Assembly (NCBI GenBank): GCA_958295725.1
Contig: OY282368.1
Span: 2,882,365 to 2,946,364 of the forward strand
Origin: an uncultured Alphaproteobacteria bacterium
GTDB taxonomy: Bacteria > Pseudomonadota > Alphaproteobacteria > UBA2966
DNA length: 64,000 bases
Reading direction: 5' to 3'
Part shown: in pieces, positions 60,649 to 64,000 of the stretch
Layout: each line of letters starts with the position of its first letter
How positions within the stretch are numbered: position 1 is the stretch's first letter
Position numbers and translations under genes: made by a program
The notes under the pieces: generated by a model
Seen by the model: only the letters and a program-made list of their open reading frames with translations
Told to the model about the DNA's origin: nothing
The model's database searches: none

Positions 60649-61656
60649 GTGCATCGCCCAGGTCCCAACAATCTGATCTCGGACGTGGACGGAATTCGCG
60701 TCGGCAACGCCGAGGACCATCGGGTTAGAACGGGCGTTACCGTGGTTCTTCCCGACCGGCCGGCGACGGCCGCCGTGGATGTCCGGGGTGGTGCCCCCGG
60801 CACGCACGAGACGGACGCCCTGGACCCGACATGCCTCGTCGAACGGGTCGACGCCGTCGTTCTGTCCGGAGGGTCCGCGTTCGGGTTGGAAGCCGCTTCC
60901 GGCGCGATGGCGTGGTTGCACGAACGCGGACGAGGTTTCGCCGTCGGCGACGCGCGCGTGCCGGTCGTGCCCGCTGCCATCCTGTTCGACCTGCTGAACG
61001 GCGGCGACAAGGAATGGGGGTCCACGCCTCCCTATCGAGGACTCTCCCGGGCGGCGTGCGATAATGTCGCCGCCAAGTTCCCGCTGGGCAACATCGGCGC
61101 TGGTGTCGGCGCCACGGCCGGCGATCTCAAGGGCGGTCTGGGAAGCGCGTCGTCCGTGTCGCCGAGCGGCCTGCGGGTCGGCGCTCTCGTGGCGGCCAAC
61201 CCATATGGATCGGTGGTGATGCCGGGGAGCGAAGCCTTCTGGGCCTGGCCGCTCGAACAGGGCGACGAGTTCGGGGGTGCGCGCCCGGACGGGTCGCACG
61301 CGGGCGAGGACTTCGAGGTCTCCGACGGGCCGGGAGTGGGGGCGAACACGACGGTCGCCGTCGTGGCGACGAACGCGAGCCTGGACGTCGCGCAAGCACT
61401 GCGTGTCGCTACCATGGCGCATGACGGGATCGCCCGTGCGGTCAGGCCCGCGCACACGCCCTTCGATGGCGATACGGTCTTCGCGCTTGCCACGGGCGAC
61501 GGACCGCACGAAGGTGCCGCGCGGGTAGCGGAGATCGGCATGAAGGCCGCCGATTGTCTGTCCCGCGCTATCGCCCGGGGCGTTTACGCGGCGGAAACCC
61601 TGGGGGGTAGCCCGGGTTACCGGTCCCGGCGCCGCGCGACGACCGAAGAAGCGTGA
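60649..61656 (+). CDS. P1/S58 family peptidase (DmpA-like)
   Basis: ISDVDGIRVG, RGGAPGTHET, LSGGSAFGL, NTTVAVVATNA, PAHTPFDGDTVF. Confidence 0.88.
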   Translation: MHRPGPNNLISDVDGIRVGNAEDHRVRTGVTVVLPDRPATAAVDVRGGAPGTHETDALDPTCLVERVDAVVLSGGSAFGLEAASGAMAWLHERGRGFAVGDARVPVVPAAILFDLLNGGDKEWGSTPPYRGLSRAACDNVAAKFPLGNIGAGVGATAGDLKGGLGSASSVSPSGLRVGALVAANPYGSVVMPGSEAFWAWPLEQGDEFGGARPDGSHAGEDFEVSDGPGVGANTTVAVVATNASLDVAQALRVATMAHDGIARAVRPAHTPFDGDTVFALATGDGPHEGAARVAEIGMKAADCLSRAIARGVYAAETLGGSPGYRSRRRATTEEA

Positions 61657-61668
61657 GGGGAGAGTCCC

Positions 61669-63150
61669 ATGAACAGAATTGCGGGCGGTCTGACCATCGC
61701 CATCGCCTTGACGATTTCTCATTTGGCCTTGGCGGCCAAGGATAGCGTCGTCGTGGGTATGCGCCTCGAGCCGCCGGGCCTGGACCCGACGAGGGGCGCG
61801 GCCGCGGCGATCAGCCAAATCACGCTCTACAACATCTTCGAGGGACTGACGCGGATCGACGAGCGCGGCGAGGTCGGACCCGGATTGGCGACCGATTGGA
61901 CCGTCTCGGACGACTTGAGGACCTTCACGTTCAAACTTCGGGAGGACGTCAGATTTTCGGACGGTAGCGCCTTCGATTCCGCCGACGCCAAGTTCACGTT
62001 CGAACGCAACGCGTCGGAGCGGAGCTCGAACAAGCGAAAGAGCCGGTTCGAGAACATGGAGAGTCTGGAGACTCCCGATCCGCGGACGCTCGTCATTCGC
62101 CTGAAGGAATCCAACCCGCTCCTGTTGTTCAATTTGGGAGAAAGCACGGCCGTCATCGTGGCGCCGGAAACCGCGGAGACGAACGCGACCCATCCCGTGG
62201 GAACGGGGCCGTTCAGGTTCGTGAAGTGGACCAAAGGCGATTCGGTGGTTCTCGAGAAGAACCCCCTTTATCGAAGCCCGGACGATATCGGGCTGAACAG
62301 GATCACGTTCAAATTCGTCGAAGACGCGCATGCCCAGGTGGCGGCGATGATGGTCGGGGACGTCGACGTGTTTCCACGCATCAGCGCCCTGGAGACACTG
62401 ACCCAATTCGAAAACGATCCGAGATTCCAGATCCTCCAGGGAACCACCGAGGGCGAGACCATCCTCTCGACGAACAACAAACGGCCGCCGCTTGACGACG
62501 TCCGGGTCCGCTGCGCCATCGCCCACGCCATCGACCGCGAGGAAATCATCGACGGGTCGGAGTTCGGCTACGCAACGCCGATCGGAAGCCATTTCCCGCC
62601 GCACCATCCGGCCTACGTCGACCTCACCGATCTCCGGGGCCATGACCTGGACAAGGCGCGCGCCCTGTTGAAGGAAGCCGGGTACGAAGACGATCTCGAG
62701 CTGACGCTCCAGTTGCCACCGCCCGAATACGCCCGGCGCAGCGGAGAAATCATCGCCGCTCAACTCGCCAAGGCGGGTATCGAGGTGAACATCGAGAACA
62801 TGCAATGGCCGCGCTGGCTGGACGTGGTCTACAAACAGAAGAACTACGACCTGAGCATCGTGAGCCATGTCGAGCCGAACGACATCAACATCTACGCCAA
62901 CCCGGATTATTACTTCCAGTACGACGATCGGGAGTTCCGCGACATCATCGCGAGGGCGGACACGGCCCTCGACACGAAGGAGCGTCACGCCCATCTCGGA
63001 GAAGCGCAGCGCAAGCTGGCAACGGATTGCGTGAACGGTTTTCTGTTCCAGTTGGCGAAGGCCGGAGTCGCGCGCCGCGAATTGAAGGGGTTGTGGCGGA
63101 ACTGGCCGTTGTTCGTGAACGACATGGCCGCGGTCCATTGGGAAGACTGA
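61669..63150 (+). CDS. ABC transporter substrate-binding protein, family 5 (peptide/nickel)
   Basis: Signal peptide, LEPPGLDP, LREDVRFSDG, PVGTGPF, VRCAIAHAIDR. Confidence 0.9.
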   Translation: MNRIAGGLTIAIALTISHLALAAKDSVVVGMRLEPPGLDPTRGAAAAISQITLYNIFEGLTRIDERGEVGPGLATDWTVSDDLRTFTFKLREDVRFSDGSAFDSADAKFTFERNASERSSNKRKSRFENMESLETPDPRTLVIRLKESNPLLLFNLGESTAVIVAPETAETNATHPVGTGPFRFVKWTKGDSVVLEKNPLYRSPDDIGLNRITFKFVEDAHAQVAAMMVGDVDVFPRISALETLTQFENDPRFQILQGTTEGETILSTNNKRPPLDDVRVRCAIAHAIDREEIIDGSEFGYATPIGSHFPPHHPAYVDLTDLRGHDLDKARALLKEAGYEDDLELTLQLPPPEYARRSGEIIAAQLAKAGIEVNIENMQWPRWLDVVYKQKNYDLSIVSHVEPNDINIYANPDYYFQYDDREFRDIIARADTALDTKERHAHLGEAQRKLATDCVNGFLFQLAKAGVARRELKGLWRNWPLFVNDMAAVHWED

Positions 63151-63304
63151 CGGTCGCGGCGTGCGCCGACCGTCCCCGACCGCGCGGCGCCACCGGCCCG
63201 AAGATCGGGAACCGGGCGCCGCCACGATGGCGGTTTCGATCGAACCGGGATCGGACGCCTTCGGAACGGGCCGCAGGAGATTCCGCCCCCATGGGCGGCG
63301 AACC

Positions 63305-64000
63305 CTATTGCACGTAGATGTGCACTTCACTGGTCGCCGCGTCGGCGCTGGTCGTCGCCGACAGGTTGACCCGGTTCGCCGAGAGCCCCATCTCCGTCAA
63401 CGTTCTCAGGACATCGTCGGCATGCCGCTTGGCCTTGGATGCGTTGAGTGCGTTCTCGGCCGGCGTGCCCTGCGAGGGCGTTACGGCGACGAGATCGAAG
63501 GTCGCCTGCGGGTGACGCTCGAGCGCGCGTGAAACCGCGTTGTACAACGCCTGCTGGTAGGGAACATCCGCGCGGTCGAACCGGACCACGACGAGGGGAC
63601 GACGCTCGGCCGCGGCGAGGTCCCCGCCACTACCCGACCGCGCGGCGGCAACCAGGGACGTCGCGGGAAAATACGCGCGACTCGACAGGCCCTGTCCATA
63701 ATACTCGCCGTTCTTGATGGCCAGCGAAAGCACCGTCAGGTTCCGGCGTTCGTTGCCGACATAGGCGGTCTGGCGGCCGACGTCTTCGCTCAACTCGTTG
63801 AGCAGCCGGTCGATCATGACCAGCGTCCGGTTGGTCTCATCCTCCAGGACGGCCAGTTGGCGGTGATCGTCGTCGATGGCCCCTTGCAGACCGTACGTCG
63901 CGCGGGTCGTCTCGAGCAGATAGGACACCATCGCCGAATCGGCCGCGACCGCGTTGGCCAGACCGTTCATCTCGACGATATCGAGACCGATCCGATCCAG
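63305..64000 (-). CDS. Hypothetical coiled-coil protein with C-terminal alpha/beta domain; 5' end outside the window
   Basis: Frame is open to the window edge; GAIDDDHRQLAVLEDE; RPLVVVRFDR..VPYQQALY...EVHIYVQ*. Confidence 0.7.
   Translation of the reverse strand: MDRIGLDIVEMNGLANAVAADSAMVSYLLETTRATYGLQGAIDDDHRQLAVLEDETNRTLVMIDRLLNELSEDVGRQTAYVGNERRNLTVLSLAIKNGEYYGQGLSSRAYFPATSLVAAARSGSGGDLAAAERRPLVVVRFDRADVPYQQALYNAVSRALERHPQATFDLVAVTPSQGTPAENALNASKAKRHADDVLRTLTEMGLSANRVNLSATTSADAATSEVHIYVQ

Overview
High-GC alphaproteobacterial chromosome segment (gene order looks Rhodospirillales-like; inference) that is mostly housekeeping genes: pmbA, ubiD, uvrB, folB, uvrC, pgsA, mobB-moeA-moaD-moaE, ilvE, a MarR/OmpR/EnvZ-type regulatory trio, proC, lgt, prs-rplY-pth, petABC, hemF, tRNA-Glu, SRP RNA-dnaX-ybaB-recR, def-fmt-truA, dapDE, argB and engB-yidC-yidD-rnpA-rpmH. 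The most notable items are: (1) an AT-rich folB-uvrC spacer with clustered DnaA boxes and overlapping IHF/CtrA-like sites, a candidate oriC; (2) an mtnP-apt-mtnA operon ending in a class II aldolase-SDR fusion, a possible variant of the DHAP-shunt MTA/5'-deoxyadenosine salvage route; (3) a 1.4-kb IS5-derived composite inserted exactly in the dnaX stop codon, with two mini-IS halves flanking a lipoprotein gene and an unannotated 57-aa ORF; (4) a chimeric Nfu protein with one Cys-less and one intact NifU domain; (5) tandem nudC paralogues; (6) an intact IS481 next to the SRP RNA promoter; (7) a frameshifted radical SAM remnant. No CRISPR array, rRNA or prophage was seen. All family assignments come from motif recognition by eye, with no database search.
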